A DNA stretch of 64,000 nt from Omnitrophica bacterium RIFCSPHIGHO2_02_FULL_51_18 (lineage in GTDB: Bacteria; Omnitrophota; Gorgyraeia; 2-02-FULL-51-18). Below the pieces are notes generated by a model that was not told where the DNA came from, did not search any database, and worked only from the letters and a program-made list of their open reading frames with translations. Shown in pieces: positions 1 through 10,704 of the stretch. Position 1 is the stretch's first letter. Each line of letters starts with the position of its first letter. Location: assembly GCA_001804125.1 (NCBI GenBank), contig MHFI01000036.1:94785-158784 (forward strand). The letters are read 5' to 3'. Position numbers and translations under genes: made by a program.

Positions 1-457
1 CCTGGGAATTGGCGCTGTTGTCGCCCAAAACAAAAAAGGCGCCTTGGGGAACCTTGATCTTTTCATCCGGATTCCCGTAAGGGTCATGGTTGTAGTAATA
101 AAATTTACCGAATGTTTCGGGGCTGTCCAACTTCTTGCCGTCCACGTAGATCTTGCCGTCTCTGATTTCCACGGTCTCGCCTTCAAAGGCCACGAGCCTT
201 TTAATGAAATCCTTCTTCAGGTCTTTCGGGTACCTGAAAACAATGATATCTCCGCGCTTGGGAGGTTCAAACCGGTAGAGGTACTTGTTGACGAACAGCT
301 TGTCCCCCTCGATCAGCGTAGGCCTCATCGAGCCGGACGGGATCTTGAACGCCTGAATCACATAAGTGCGGATAATCAGTGTCAGCACGAGCGCCACGGC
401 AATCGACTGCGCCCACTCTTTCAGCTCCCGGATGACAATTTCTTTAGCGATCTTCAC
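1..457 (-). CDS. lepB: Signal peptidase I (3' end runs off window)
   Basis: Manual translation from GTG at 457: MKIAKEIVIRELKEWAQSIAVALVLTLIIRTYVIQAFKIPSGSMRPTL..DFIKR..FVLGDN. Contains the Ser/Lys dyad motifs; lies downstream of lepA. Not in the ORF track. Confidence 0.95.
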   Translation of the reverse strand, partial: MKIAKEIVIRELKEWAQSIAVALVLTLIIRTYVIQAFKIPSGSMRPTLIEGDKLFVNKYLYRFEPPKRGDIIVFRYPKDLKKDFIKRLVAFEGETVEIRDGKIYVDGKKLDSPETFGKFYYYNHDPYGNPDEKIKVPQGAFFVLGDNSANSQ

Positions 458-465
458 CCTGCCCC

Positions 466-2268
466 CTACGATTCTATTTTCAACGCGGCGAGGAAGGCTT
501 CCTGCGGTATTTCCACTTTTCCGAACTGCTTCATGCGTTTCTTGCCTTCCTTTTGTTTTTCCCAAAGTTTTCTTTTTCTTGTGATATCGCCCCCATAGCA
601 TTTGCTGGTCACGTTCTTTCCCATCGGCCTCACGCTCTCACGCGCAATGATCTTGCCCCCGATAGCCGCCTGAATCACCACTTCGAACATCTGCCTCGGG
701 ATAAGCTCCTTTAATTTTTCGCAAAGTGAGCGTCCCTTCAAGGACGCCTTCTCGCTGTGGACCATGGAGCTGAAGGAGTCGCAAATTTCGGAGTTTATTA
801 GAATATCCAGTTTCACGACATCGCTCTCGCAGTGGCCTTTGACCTCATAATCGAGCGACCCGTAGCCCTTCGATAGGGACTTGATGCGGTCATAAAAATC
901 CACGATGATCTCCGCCAGCGGAAAGTCATAAACAATCTTCACTCTTTCTTCGTCGATGTGCTCGGTGGAAACATACTTGCCGCGCCGCCGTTCGCAGAGC
1001 TCAAAGATCGTGCCGATGCAGTTTTGAGGCACGATGATTGTGGCGTCTACATGCGGCTCCAGGATCGCCTGGACCTGGCTCGGATCGGGCATTTTGGAGG
1101 GATTGTCCACTTCCACGACATCCCCGCCGGTTTTCCGGACCTTGTATACGACGCTCGGGGTCGTGATCACAAGATTCATGCCGTATTCCCGCTCAAGCCT
1201 CTCCTGCACGATTTCCATGTGGAGAAGCCCGAGGAACCCGGACCGGAAACCAAAACCGACGGAGGCCGAGTTTTCTATCTCATAGACAAACGAAGAGTCG
1301 CTCAAGGAAAGCTTCTCCATCGCGTCTTTGAGCGCCTGAAAATCCGCCGAGTTCACCGGGTAGATGCCGGCGAACACCAGGGGCCGCACTTTTTTGTATC
1401 CGGGCAGCGCTTCCTGGGCGGGATTAAGCGCGTCGGTGACCGTGTCGCCGTTTTCCACTTCCTTCGCGTTTCGGATGTTGCAGGCAAGATAACCGACCTC
1501 GCCCGGACCCAGGGATTCGCAAGGGACTGGTTTCGGCGTGAGAGTCCCGATGCCCAGCACCTCATAACTCCTGCCGCTTGCGAACATCTTGATCTTCGTC
1601 CCCTTCTTCAGCACCCCGTTAAAAACGCGCAGATACACAATCACGCCCTGATAGGCGTCATACTGCGAATCAAAGATCAGCGCCTGGAGTTGTTTGCCCG
1701 GGTCGCCTTCGGGAGGCGGGATCTTCTCAACCACGCGTTCCAGAATCTCGGTGATTCCGATCCCCATCTTGGCGCTGGCCAGGATGATTTCATGCTCGTC
1801 AATGCCCAGAAACTTATGGATCTGTTTTTTTACTTTTTCGGGCTCCGCGGTGCCAAGGTCAATCTTATTGATCACGGGAATAATCTCAAGATCGTTTTCC
1901 ATGGCCAGGTGCAGATTGGCCACCGTTTGCGCTTCCACGCCCTGCCCCGCGTCCACGAGGAGCAGGGCTCCCTCGCAGGCGCGAAGGCTTTTCATGACTT
2001 CAAACGTAAAGTCCACATGCCCCGGCGTATCAATGAGATTCAACGTGTAGATTTTGGCGTCTTTTTTGGAGCGGTAATTAATTTTGACGGCGCTCGCCTT
2101 GATCGTGATTCCGCGCTCCTGCTCCAGGTCCATGTCATCCAGAAGCTGGTTGTGGAATGTGCGGCTGTCAATGGCACCCGTGTGCTCGAGAATCCGGTCG
2201 GCCAACGTGGACTTGCCGTGATCGATATGCGCGATGATCGAGAAATTACGAATGTGGGATTGCTTCAT
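466..2268 (-). CDS. lepA: Translation elongation factor 4 (LepA)
   Basis: IRNFSIIAHIDHGKSTLADR, DTPGH, NKID; C-terminal CYGGDITRKRKLWEKQKEGKKRMK. Confidence 0.99.
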   Translation of the reverse strand: MKQSHIRNFSIIAHIDHGKSTLADRILEHTGAIDSRTFHNQLLDDMDLEQERGITIKASAVKINYRSKKDAKIYTLNLIDTPGHVDFTFEVMKSLRACEGALLLVDAGQGVEAQTVANLHLAMENDLEIIPVINKIDLGTAEPEKVKKQIHKFLGIDEHEIILASAKMGIGITEILERVVEKIPPPEGDPGKQLQALIFDSQYDAYQGVIVYLRVFNGVLKKGTKIKMFASGRSYEVLGIGTLTPKPVPCESLGPGEVGYLACNIRNAKEVENGDTVTDALNPAQEALPGYKKVRPLVFAGIYPVNSADFQALKDAMEKLSLSDSSFVYEIENSASVGFGFRSGFLGLLHMEIVQERLEREYGMNLVITTPSVVYKVRKTGGDVVEVDNPSKMPDPSQVQAILEPHVDATIIVPQNCIGTIFELCERRRGKYVSTEHIDEERVKIVYDFPLAEIIVDFYDRIKSLSKGYGSLDYEVKGHCESDVVKLDILINSEICDSFSSMVHSEKASLKGRSLCEKLKELIPRQMFEVVIQAAIGGKIIARESVRPMGKNVTSKCYGGDITRKRKLWEKQKEGKKRMKQFGKVEIPQEAFLAALKIES

Positions 2269-3695
2269 TTCAAATTAAATGTCAGCGTTTTCCCGTCGTT
2301 CACCAGCGCTTCCGCAAGCGCTCTGGAAGTCGCCTCGGAATAGACTCTTAGGATCGGCTCGGTGCCCGAGAGTCGAAAAAGAAGCCAGCTGTCATCCTGA
2401 AGAATAAATTTCATGCCGTCCTGGCTCTTGATTTCCTTGACCCGCTGGTGCTGCAGCTCTTTCGGGGGATTGGCGGCCAAGTACCCGAAGAGTTTGGTTT
2501 TAAGCTCATGGGGATAAACGAGATCGCTCCGGACATAATAGAGTTTTCCGTATTCTTTTTCGACGCCGCTGAGGATTTCATCAAACGTCTGCCTTCTCAT
2601 GGCCATCATTTCAATAAGAAGGAGCGCCGAGAGCAGGCCGTCACGCTCATACAAATAATCCTGAAAGCCGATGCCTCCGGATTCCTCGCCGCCGATCAAC
2701 ACGTTTTCACGCCGCATGATCTCACAGATGTATTTAAAGCCCACCGGGGTTTCATGGACTTTCAATCCCAATTTCCTTGCCACCTTGTAGATGAGCGCCG
2801 TATTGGAAACCGTTGTGACGACACTCCCGCTTCTTTTCAAATCTTCCACAAAGTGGATTAGGATGAGTGACAGGAGTGTGCCGGGCGTAACGAATTCGCC
2901 GCCAGGGCGGATGGCTCCTATGCGGTCCGCGTCGCCGTCCGTTACGACCGCCAGCTCAAATTCGTTTTTCTTCATACGCTCGATGGTCTGCGAAAGGTTC
3001 CGGGGAATAGGCTCGGGGCTTATTCCGCCGAACGTGACATCGCGTTGACCGCGTGCCGTCGTAATCTTGATCTTGCCGCCGCTCAAAATATTTTCGATGT
3101 GGCCGTCGCCGACCCCATGCATCGAATCAACCAGAATCCGATAAGGCGCTTCGCGGATGGCGTCCAACCGCACGTATTGCTTGAGAAACGCCAGATACTT
3201 ATCGTTGAAATTTTCGATCTTTGGGTTCCCGGGCGAAAACGTCTTCTTCTTGACGGGGCTTTTTCCTATCCATCTCTCAACCGCATCCGTGACCCGCTTG
3301 TCGGCGGAACCGCCAAAATCCGTCTTTATTTTGATGCCGTTGTAACCCGACGGGTTGTGGCTTGCGGTCACGACAATTCCGGCATCGTATTTTCGGTCCA
3401 CCACCTGAAAGCTGACCGCCGGCGTCGGGCAGGCTTGGCTCGACAAAAGAACGTCGATACCGTTTGCGTTCAGCACCCGGGCGAACGTATTGGCAAAATT
3501 CTCGGAATCCTTACGGGTGTCGTGACCGATCGCAACCTTAGGGCAGCGTGAGAGAGAGATCTTTCCGAAATCTTCATTTAAATAGTCGCTAAACGCCTGC
3601 GCGACCAGTTCCACATTTTCAAATGTGAATTCCTTGTCCATGAGTGCACGCCAACCGTCGGTCCCGAACTTTATGGCGGCTCCCCGGGCATTCAT
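2265..3695 (-). CDS. Phosphoglucomutase/phosphomannomutase family protein
   Basis: FGTDGWR, TASHNP, DGDADR, GEESG, RLSGTEP motifs. Confidence 0.95.
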   Translation of the reverse strand: MNARGAAIKFGTDGWRALMDKEFTFENVELVAQAFSDYLNEDFGKISLSRCPKVAIGHDTRKDSENFANTFARVLNANGIDVLLSSQACPTPAVSFQVVDRKYDAGIVVTASHNPSGYNGIKIKTDFGGSADKRVTDAVERWIGKSPVKKKTFSPGNPKIENFNDKYLAFLKQYVRLDAIREAPYRILVDSMHGVGDGHIENILSGGKIKITTARGQRDVTFGGISPEPIPRNLSQTIERMKKNEFELAVVTDGDADRIGAIRPGGEFVTPGTLLSLILIHFVEDLKRSGSVVTTVSNTALIYKVARKLGLKVHETPVGFKYICEIMRRENVLIGGEESGGIGFQDYLYERDGLLSALLLIEMMAMRRQTFDEILSGVEKEYGKLYYVRSDLVYPHELKTKLFGYLAANPPKELQHQRVKEIKSQDGMKFILQDDSWLLFRLSGTEPILRVYSEATSRALAEALVNDGKTLTFNLK

Positions 3696-4339
3696 TTTTT
3701 CGGCCTCAGATCCCGGATGGCCTGCTCGGTGTCGGCCCTGGCAAAGATTGCCGACCCGGCCACAAGCACATTCGCGCCGGCCTTGATGGCTTCTCGGGCG
3801 GTGTCTTTGTTGATGCCCCCGTCGACTTGGATGTCCCCGTCAAATTTTGAGCGCAGGTTCCTCACCTTGTCTAGGACCTCCGGCATAAATTTTTGCCCCC
3901 CAAAACCCGGATTCACGGTCATCAAAAGCACGAGGTTCAGGTCCTTCAAGTGGTCCTCAATGCGGCTCAAGGGAGTGTTGGGTTTCAAAGAGATGCCGCA
4001 AGTCACGTGAAGCGAATGCACGATCTCGACGCACTCGTGCAGATTCCCGTAACAAGCTTCCGCATGAAACGTGATATGGTCCGCGCCGGCCTCGGTGAAA
4101 CTCTGGATGTACCGTTCCGGACGCTCGATCATGAGATGCACATCCAGAGGCAGCCGCGTAAGGCCCCGGATCGCTTTCACTATAAAGGGCCCCACCGTGA
4201 TGTTCGGCACAAAGTGCCCGTCCATCACGTCGATGTGCAGGAGGTCACAACCCGCCTTCTCCACCCGCCTCACTTCATCGGCCAGGTGCGCAAAGTCCGC
4301 CGCTAAAAGTGACGGCGCAATCTTTATCGGCCTATTCAT
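3692..4339 (-). CDS. rpe: Ribulose-phosphate 3-epimerase
   Basis: IAPSLL, HIDVMDGHFVPN, MTVNPGFGGQ, VDGG. Confidence 0.98.
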   Translation of the reverse strand: MNRPIKIAPSLLAADFAHLADEVRRVEKAGCDLLHIDVMDGHFVPNITVGPFIVKAIRGLTRLPLDVHLMIERPERYIQSFTEAGADHITFHAEACYGNLHECVEIVHSLHVTCGISLKPNTPLSRIEDHLKDLNLVLLMTVNPGFGGQKFMPEVLDKVRNLRSKFDGDIQVDGGINKDTAREAIKAGANVLVAGSAIFARADTEQAIRDLRPKK

Positions 4340-4607
4340 CGGTCCTTTTTCTTTGCTCTTCGTATCTTACGCAGCGTATTTCATTGGAGGCGGATACATA
4401 AATAAAAACCGCAACCAGGAGAAGCATCCAATGCCGTTGCCACAGCGCTAAAATGGCAAATAGTATAGCAAAAATTTTTCCCAAAATGACGGAAATTTGC
4501 GTCGCCCTAACGTAATTCAGTTTCAAAGCCAATAAGGATCTTAAAATTCTGCCCCCATCCATAGGAAATGCCGGAATCAGATTAAAGATCCCCAATGAGG
4601 AGCCCAA
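4332..4607 (-). pseudogene. C-terminal fragment of a site-2 (M50) membrane protease
   Basis: FNLIPAFPMDGGR motif followed by TM segments; no HExxH; only 13 bp separate it from the upstream stop, so there is no room for the N-terminal half. Confidence 0.7.
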
Positions 4608-4620
4608 AGGTCAGTGAGCC

Positions 4621-5898
4621 CTAGGGGAGATCTGAAAGGAGCTTGGAGAAATTCTTTTGCATTTTGTCGACGCGCGGGCCGACCGCCGCCAAATAACAAC
4701 GATCGGACTTGAAAATTCCCCGTGCGACGCGCCGGATGTCCCCGGACGTTATCTTGGCAACGCGCTCAAGCACTTCTCCCGGCGTCTTGCAGCGTCCGAG
4801 GCAAACCATGCTCTCACCCACCCAAAGCATGTGGCTCATGGCGCTTTCAAGCCCGAGTTCCATCTGGCCTGTATAAAATTCCTTTGCGCGCCTTAATTCA
4901 TCCTTCGGCGGAGGCTCGCGGGTTATTTTCTTAAGCTCCGAAAGAATCGTGCGAAGCGCTTCTTCCGGTTTTCGGTTGTCAACGCCTGCGCTCACCATGA
5001 AAGCACCCGTATCGTGATAGCGTCTGACCGTGGAGCCGATATCATAGGCCAGCCCTTTTTCTTCCCTCACTTCATTGAAAAGACGCGAAGACATGTTGCC
5101 GCCGAGTATCACGCTCAAAAGGTCGAGCGCGTACTGGTCCGGGTGTTCCTTTGCCTGCGCATGAACACCCAGCACGAGGTGCGTTTGCTCGGTTTTCTTT
5201 GACAACACTTTAAGACGGCGTCCGGATCGACCGGATTTGAATGAATCCAAACGCTTTTTGGGGGCGCGGCCGGTTTTTGAAAACGCGCGATCCGCGAGCG
5301 CCAGGAGTCTTTCAAGCGAAACGGCTCCCGAAGCCGCGACCGTAATGAAATGTGAATTATAAAATTCGCTTTTAAAATTTTGAATCCCCTCTCTTTTAAG
5401 CGCTCCCACGGACTGAAGCGTTCCTGCCAGGGGCCGTCCCAGCGCATGGCCCGGCCAGATAAGCTCCGAGAACACCTCCTCGACGAGCTCCGAAGGAAGG
5501 TCCTGGGTCATTTTAATTTCTTCCATGATCACCGCGCGCTCCTTCTCAATGTCCTTCGGTTCCAATAAGGCGTTTAACGTCATGTCGGACAAGACGTCGA
5601 ACGCCTGATCCAAATGTCTTTCGGACGTTTTGGAGAGAAAACAGGTGTATTCCTCGGACGTAAACGCGTTGAGGCTTCCGCCCACGCCTTCAATAGCTTC
5701 CTTAATTTCCTTGGCGGTGCGGCGGGAGGTGCCTTTAAACACCAAATGCTCCAAAAAGTGCGCGACCCCGTTCAGCTTTTCGGATTCGTCGCGGCCTCCG
5801 GCGTGGACCCAGATGCCGAGCGCCGCCGATTTTCTTCCGGCAAGCGGCGCCGCCACCACGCGGACACCGTTCGGCAATTTTGCGGTTTCGTATTTCAC
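4621..5898 (-). CDS. M16 (pitrilysin/insulinase) family zinc peptidase
   Basis: HFLEHLVFKGT inverted zinc motif; NAFT; SSRLF..VREEKGLAY. Confidence 0.95.
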   Translation of the reverse strand: MKYETAKLPNGVRVVAAPLAGRKSAALGIWVHAGGRDESEKLNGVAHFLEHLVFKGTSRRTAKEIKEAIEGVGGSLNAFTSEEYTCFLSKTSERHLDQAFDVLSDMTLNALLEPKDIEKERAVIMEEIKMTQDLPSELVEEVFSELIWPGHALGRPLAGTLQSVGALKREGIQNFKSEFYNSHFITVAASGAVSLERLLALADRAFSKTGRAPKKRLDSFKSGRSGRRLKVLSKKTEQTHLVLGVHAQAKEHPDQYALDLLSVILGGNMSSRLFNEVREEKGLAYDIGSTVRRYHDTGAFMVSAGVDNRKPEEALRTILSELKKITREPPPKDELRRAKEFYTGQMELGLESAMSHMLWVGESMVCLGRCKTPGEVLERVAKITSGDIRRVARGIFKSDRCYLAAVGPRVDKMQKNFSKLLSDLP

Positions 5899-6326
5899 TT
5901 TTTGGGTCTTTTGGATTCGAGATAACCCTGGAGAATGATCATGGCGGCCAGTTGATCGCTTTGTTTCTTTTGTTTAACCCTCGACAGGCCTTCCTCGATC
6001 ATGAGCCTCAAGGCCTGGCGGCTTGAAAGACGTTCGTCCCAGGTGCTCACGGGAATCCCCAGTTCCTTCTGAAGTTCGGGGACAAGATCCAAAACCTGCT
6101 TGGCCTTAGGGCCGACGGTGCCGTTCATGTTCACCGGAAGGCCAATCACCATTTCTTCGGCGTTGGTTTCCCTGCAGAGCTCCTTAAGCGCCTGAAACAC
6201 GTTCTGTTTGCCCTTATTTTCAATGGTTTCCAAGCCCTGCGCCGTAAAGCCCAGAGGGTCCGACACGGCCGCCCCGATTCTTTTTTCTCCGAAATCAAGT
6301 GCAAGGATCCTCATCGCATACGTCAA
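5895..6326 (-). CDS. ruvX: YqgF/RuvX family pre-16S rRNA nuclease
   Basis: ILALDFGEKRIGAAVSD, VIGLP, WDERLSS, D..AA..ILQ.YL; start may be a few codons downstream. Confidence 0.95.
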   Translation of the reverse strand: MTYAMRILALDFGEKRIGAAVSDPLGFTAQGLETIENKGKQNVFQALKELCRETNAEEMVIGLPVNMNGTVGPKAKQVLDLVPELQKELGIPVSTWDERLSSRQALRLMIEEGLSRVKQKKQSDQLAAMIILQGYLESKRPKK

Positions 6327-7312
6327 AGCCGCCGTGAAAGAAGCGCGGCTTCTTCGGAAAAACCTTTCTTGCAGATCAGCGTGCCGCGCTGGGTCTGGAC
6401 CACAATAAGATCCGTCACCCCTAGCGCGATGATCGGTGTCCGGCCATGATTCACAATCAATGACTTCCGGGTCTGGTCGTAATGGCAGATCCCGTGCACG
6501 AGGTTATGGTGTTTGTCACGGAGAGCCTTCTCATGAAACATGTCCCAGCTTCCCATATCGCACCAATCCATCTGGGTCCTGATCACCGCCAGGTTCCCGG
6601 CTTTTTCAAGCAGCGCGTAATCGATGGAAATCTTGGGCAGTTTCGCATAGCTCCGTTTCCCGAACTCGGGGGCCGTTTTTTTCATGGCTTCCATGAACGT
6701 GCCTATTTTCCACGTAAAGATCCCCCCATTCCACAGAAAGCGGCCCGATTTCAGGTACTGCGAAGCCTTCCGGCGGTCCGGCTTCTCGGCAAAACGCTTG
6801 ACCTTGTAGGCGGACAAGCGGGCTGACACGGGCGGGCCCATCTCGAGGTAGCCGTAACCGGTGGCGGCGAACGTGGGCTTGACTCCCACGGTCACCAGGA
6901 GTTCTTTCTGCCTGGCGAGGGAGATCGCCTGTGCCAATGTTTTCCGGAAAAGCGCTTCATTCCGAATCAGGTGGTCTGCCGGGAAGAACGACACCACCTC
7001 TCGTGCGCCGAAACTTTCCCCGAGGGTGCGGCAGGAGAGATAAATGGCTGCCGCCGTATTTCTGCGCATCGGTTCAACAATCAGGTTCTGTTTTTTAAGT
7101 TTTGGAAGCTCGGATTTAATGAGCCGGGCGTGCTCCCGGGTCGTGACCACATAGACGTCACGCCGCGGATAAACCCGAAGGAGTCTTTGATAGGTTTTTT
7201 GTAAAAGGGATTCGCGGTTGTCCAAGCGAATGCGGTATTTGGGAAACTTTTTGTGCGTCAGGGGCCAGAAGCGTTCCCCCGGCCCTCCGGCCATAATGAT
7301 GGCTTTAGGCAT
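6323..7312 (-). CDS. manC: Mannose-1-phosphate guanylyltransferase
   Basis: AIIMAGG.G.RFWPL, EP..RNTA, PADH, F.EKPD, WNGG.F, ISIDY, WCDMGSW. Confidence 0.9.
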   Translation of the reverse strand: MPKAIIMAGGPGERFWPLTHKKFPKYRIRLDNRESLLQKTYQRLLRVYPRRDVYVVTTREHARLIKSELPKLKKQNLIVEPMRRNTAAAIYLSCRTLGESFGAREVVSFFPADHLIRNEALFRKTLAQAISLARQKELLVTVGVKPTFAATGYGYLEMGPPVSARLSAYKVKRFAEKPDRRKASQYLKSGRFLWNGGIFTWKIGTFMEAMKKTAPEFGKRSYAKLPKISIDYALLEKAGNLAVIRTQMDWCDMGSWDMFHEKALRDKHHNLVHGICHYDQTRKSLIVNHGRTPIIALGVTDLIVVQTQRGTLICKKGFSEEAALLSRRL

Positions 7313-8099
7313 GGACGGCCTTTACAAACGGGCGTACGAATTTCTTCGCGAAACTTTCGGCGCTCAAATGAGAATGCCCGGCAAGCGCTTTCACAAGTGA
7401 GCTGCCTATGATGACACCATCCGCCACTGCCGACATTTTCCTGGCCTGGGAGGGATCGGAGATGCCGAAACCCACGCACACGGGAAGCGGGGTTTCTTTT
7501 TTAATCGCGGAAATATTTTTTCCGGCATCGGTGGCGGCGGATTTTCTTACCCCGGTAACCCCGGTCAGGGAGACATAGTAGACAAAACCTCGGGAAGCCT
7601 TCACGATCCTTTGACGGCGTTTCTGGGTGCTTGTCGGCGCCAAAAGATACACCAGGTCCACCGCCTCTTTACGCATGAGTTCCCGGACGTCTTTTTCTTC
7701 ATCCGGAGGAAGGTCGGGCACAATCACGCCGTCCACGCCGGAGCTGCGCGCGGCCTGCGCGAATTTCTTCGGGCCCATCGCAAGAATCGGATTCAGGTAA
7801 CTCATGAGCAGGATCGGGAGTTGTGACTTTTTACGCGCCTTTTTCACGACCGCCAATATTTTTGCAAGCGTCGTGCCCCGCTCGAGCGACCGGATGGACG
7901 CCGCTTGAATGACGGGACCGTCCGCCAGAGGATCCGAAAAAGGGACCCCCAGCTCCATCAAGTCGACTCCCTCCTTCTCAAACGCGTAAATAAGCTCCTG
8001 GGTCTTCTTAAGGCTCGGGTCGCCGGCCGTGATGAAAACAATAAGCGCTTTCTTTTTTTGCTTCTTCAACTGTTTGAATTTATTCTCAATTCGCGTCAC
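7305..8099 (-). CDS. trpA: Tryptophan synthase alpha chain
   Basis: [27 protein letters not shown]; start placed at the GTG overlapping the trpB stop. Confidence 0.97.
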   Translation of the reverse strand: MTRIENKFKQLKKQKKKALIVFITAGDPSLKKTQELIYAFEKEGVDLMELGVPFSDPLADGPVIQAASIRSLERGTTLAKILAVVKKARKKSQLPILLMSYLNPILAMGPKKFAQAARSSGVDGVIVPDLPPDEEKDVRELMRKEAVDLVYLLAPTSTQKRRQRIVKASRGFVYYVSLTGVTGVRKSAATDAGKNISAIKKETPLPVCVGFGISDPSQARKMSAVADGVIIGSSLVKALAGHSHLSAESFAKKFVRPFVKAVHA

Positions 8100-9304
8100 A
8101 GGTGCAAAACCTTTGAGACCCTTTCCATGTCCTTGTCGCCCCGCCCCGAAAGACAAACCACGATCACCTCATGCGCTTCAAAGCGCGGCTTGTGTTTCAC
8201 GAGATACCCGAACGCGTGCGCAGTTTCAAGCGCCGGGATAATGCCTTCCGTCCGGCTTAAAATTTTCATTCCTAATAACGCGTCGTCATCGGTGGCCGAC
8301 ACGTATTCTGCGCGGCCTGTTTTTTTAAGGTAAGCATGCTCGGGGCCGACGCCGGGATAGTCGAGGCCCGCCGAGATCGAGTGAGCCAACTGTATCTGCC
8401 CGTGTTTATCCTGTAATACCTCGCTTTTGGATCCGTGAAGGACGCCGATGCTGCCGAGCGAAAGCGTCGCCGAGTGCTGCCGGGTGTGCAGTCCGCGCCC
8501 CGCCGCTTCCACGCCGATCAATTTTGCCCGAGATTTAAGAAATGTGGAAAAAAGCCCCAGGCTGTTTGAACCGCCGCCCACGCACGCCACGCAGTAGTCA
8601 GGCGACTTAATTCCCAGCTGTTTCAGTTGCGCGCCGGTTTCTTTCCCGATCACCGACTGAAAATCTCTCACGATCATGGGGTACGGATGGGGCCCGATGA
8701 CCGAGCCGATGATGTAATGCGTGTCTTTCACGTTCGTGACCCAGTCGCGGATGGCTTCGTTCACGGCGTCTTTTAAAGTTTGTGAGCCTGATTGGACCGG
8801 GATCACGCGCGTGCCCAGAAGTTTCATGCGGAATACGTTGAGCGTCTGCCGTTCGATGTCCTCCTGTCCCATGTAAACATCACAGCGAATGCCGAATAGC
8901 GCGCACACCGTCGCCGTCGCGACTCCGTGCTGACCGGCGCCGGTTTCGGCGATCACGCGTTTTTTACCCATCCGAAGCGTCAGAAGCGCCTGGCCGATGG
9001 TATTGTTTATTTTATGGGCGCCGGTATGCAGAAGGTCCTCGCGCTTCAAGTAAACCTTTTTCACGCCGAGCGTTTTGGCAAAATGCCTGGCTTCCGTGAG
9101 CGGCGTCGGGCGGCCGGCAAAATTCTTCAGGTAGTGGCTGAATTCCTTCCTGAACTTCGGGTCGCTTTTGGCGGTCCGGTAGGCCTCCTCAAGCTCATCC
9201 AGCGCCGTCATCAGGGTTTCAGGCACGTATTTCCCGCCATAAGGCCCGAAGTGGCCGCGCGAATCCGGAAGTCTTGAAAAATCAATTTTACGCGTTTTTG
9301 GCAT
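8096..9304 (-). CDS. trpB: Tryptophan synthase beta chain
   Basis: [44 protein letters not shown]. Confidence 0.99.
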   Translation of the reverse strand: MPKTRKIDFSRLPDSRGHFGPYGGKYVPETLMTALDELEEAYRTAKSDPKFRKEFSHYLKNFAGRPTPLTEARHFAKTLGVKKVYLKREDLLHTGAHKINNTIGQALLTLRMGKKRVIAETGAGQHGVATATVCALFGIRCDVYMGQEDIERQTLNVFRMKLLGTRVIPVQSGSQTLKDAVNEAIRDWVTNVKDTHYIIGSVIGPHPYPMIVRDFQSVIGKETGAQLKQLGIKSPDYCVACVGGGSNSLGLFSTFLKSRAKLIGVEAAGRGLHTRQHSATLSLGSIGVLHGSKSEVLQDKHGQIQLAHSISAGLDYPGVGPEHAYLKKTGRAEYVSATDDDALLGMKILSRTEGIIPALETAHAFGYLVKHKPRFEAHEVIVVCLSGRGDKDMERVSKVLHL

Positions 9305-9923
9305 TGCGAATAAATTCCCTCAAAAGTTTAGGGTCCTTGCTCCCCGGAAGTCTCTCCACGCCGCTCGAGACGTCCACACCATACGGCGAGATTACCCGAA
9401 CGGCTTCAGCCACATTGTCGGGATGAAGTCCGCCGGAAAGAATAACCGAGAACTCCCCTTCGGTATCACGCGTGAGCTTCGAGATCTCAATATTTAAGAT
9501 ATTCCAATCAAAACTTTGCCCGCTTCCCCCGTATTTACCGTCGACTTTCGTGTCAAAAAGATAAGCGTCCGCGGGAAACTTTAAGGCGGTTTTTAAGCTA
9601 AATCCTTCACCCACGCGGAACGCCTTTATGACTTTACAACAACGAAGCTTTTTTGTATAGGCTTGCGTTTCGTCCCCGTGAAGCTGCACGGCGCCAAGCC
9701 CGCAAAAAGCGGCGATTTCATTTACTTTGTCGGCGCGCTCATTGACAAAAACCCCGACCGTGGTGACAAAAGGACCGATTTTTTCTATGATTTGTTTTGC
9801 TTTCTTGGGAGTGACGCGCCTCGGGCTCCCGGCAAATACAAAACCAATCGCATCCGCGCCGAAATCCACGGCGGTGCGTGCATCATGCCAATTCGTGATC
9901 CCGCAGATCTTGACCTTAACCAC
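9288..9923 (-). CDS. trpF: Phosphoribosylanthranilate isomerase
   Basis: [30 protein letters not shown]. Confidence 0.98.
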   Translation of the reverse strand: MVKVKICGITNWHDARTAVDFGADAIGFVFAGSPRRVTPKKAKQIIEKIGPFVTTVGVFVNERADKVNEIAAFCGLGAVQLHGDETQAYTKKLRCCKVIKAFRVGEGFSLKTALKFPADAYLFDTKVDGKYGGSGQSFDWNILNIEISKLTRDTEGEFSVILSGGLHPDNVAEAVRVISPYGVDVSSGVERLPGSKDPKLLREFIRNAKNA

Positions 9924-10704
9924 GGCCGACTCCGCGCAGTTCCAAAAGCGCCTTTTTCAAGTTCTTTTTCCTCATCAGGCTCTCGCCCACAAGCACCGCT
10001 TGGGCCCCCGAGTTTTGCAGGAACAGGATGTCCTTACGGCTCCAAATCCCGCTTTCCGAAACGATGAGGGTTCCCTTCGGAATACGTTTTGCCAGCTTTT
10101 CGGTAGTGCGAATATCCACGGCGAAGCTCTTTAGGTTCCTGTTGTTGATTCCGATGAGCTCCGGGCGGAGGGGCAGCACTTTTTCAAGCTCCGCTTCCGT
10201 ATGAACTTCCACCCACACATCCATTCCCAGTCTTCGGGCCAGACTCCGGAAGTTTTTTATCTTTTCCGCCGTCAGCGCGGCCGCAATCAATAAAATCGCA
10301 TCCGCCCCGATAAGGCGCGATTCATAGATTTGGTACTCGTCAATCGTAAAGTCCTTCCTCAGGAGGGGAAGCGGCACGGCCCTTTTTACTTTTTTCAAAT
10401 CCTGCGCCGAGCCGCCAAAAAACTTTTCATCCGTCAGCACTGAAATCGCGCGCGCCCCCGCCTTCTCGAAACTTTTAGCTATTTTCACGGGATTAAAGCC
10501 GGTTCTCAGCACCCCTTTTGAGGGTGATTTTTTCTTAATTTCGGCTATCACCGAGACTTCGCGGCGGTTTTGGAGCGCGCGGAGAAAACGGGGTTTCTTT
10601 TTCGCCAGGTGCAAAACCTCTTTTTTTAAAACCGGGAGGGGTTTTATTCTTTTAAGCGCCGCGATTTCCTTCCTCTTATTTTTTATGATTCCATCAAGAT
10701 TCAT
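9916..10704 (-). CDS. trpC: Indole-3-glycerol phosphate synthase
   Basis: IAEIKKKSPSKG, SVLTD, LRKDF, GINNRNL, SESGI; start at the ATG overlapping the trpD stop. Confidence 0.97.
   Translation of the reverse strand: MNLDGIIKNKRKEIAALKRIKPLPVLKKEVLHLAKKKPRFLRALQNRREVSVIAEIKKKSPSKGVLRTGFNPVKIAKSFEKAGARAISVLTDEKFFGGSAQDLKKVKRAVPLPLLRKDFTIDEYQIYESRLIGADAILLIAAALTAEKIKNFRSLARRLGMDVWVEVHTEAELEKVLPLRPELIGINNRNLKSFAVDIRTTEKLAKRIPKGTLIVSESGIWSRKDILFLQNSGAQAVLVGESLMRKKNLKKALLELRGVGRG

Noticed and set aside
9445-9495. Short extra loop in TrpF with small palindromes
   Set aside because: Palindromes are only 8-10 bp and do not match the repeat families; likely a variable loop
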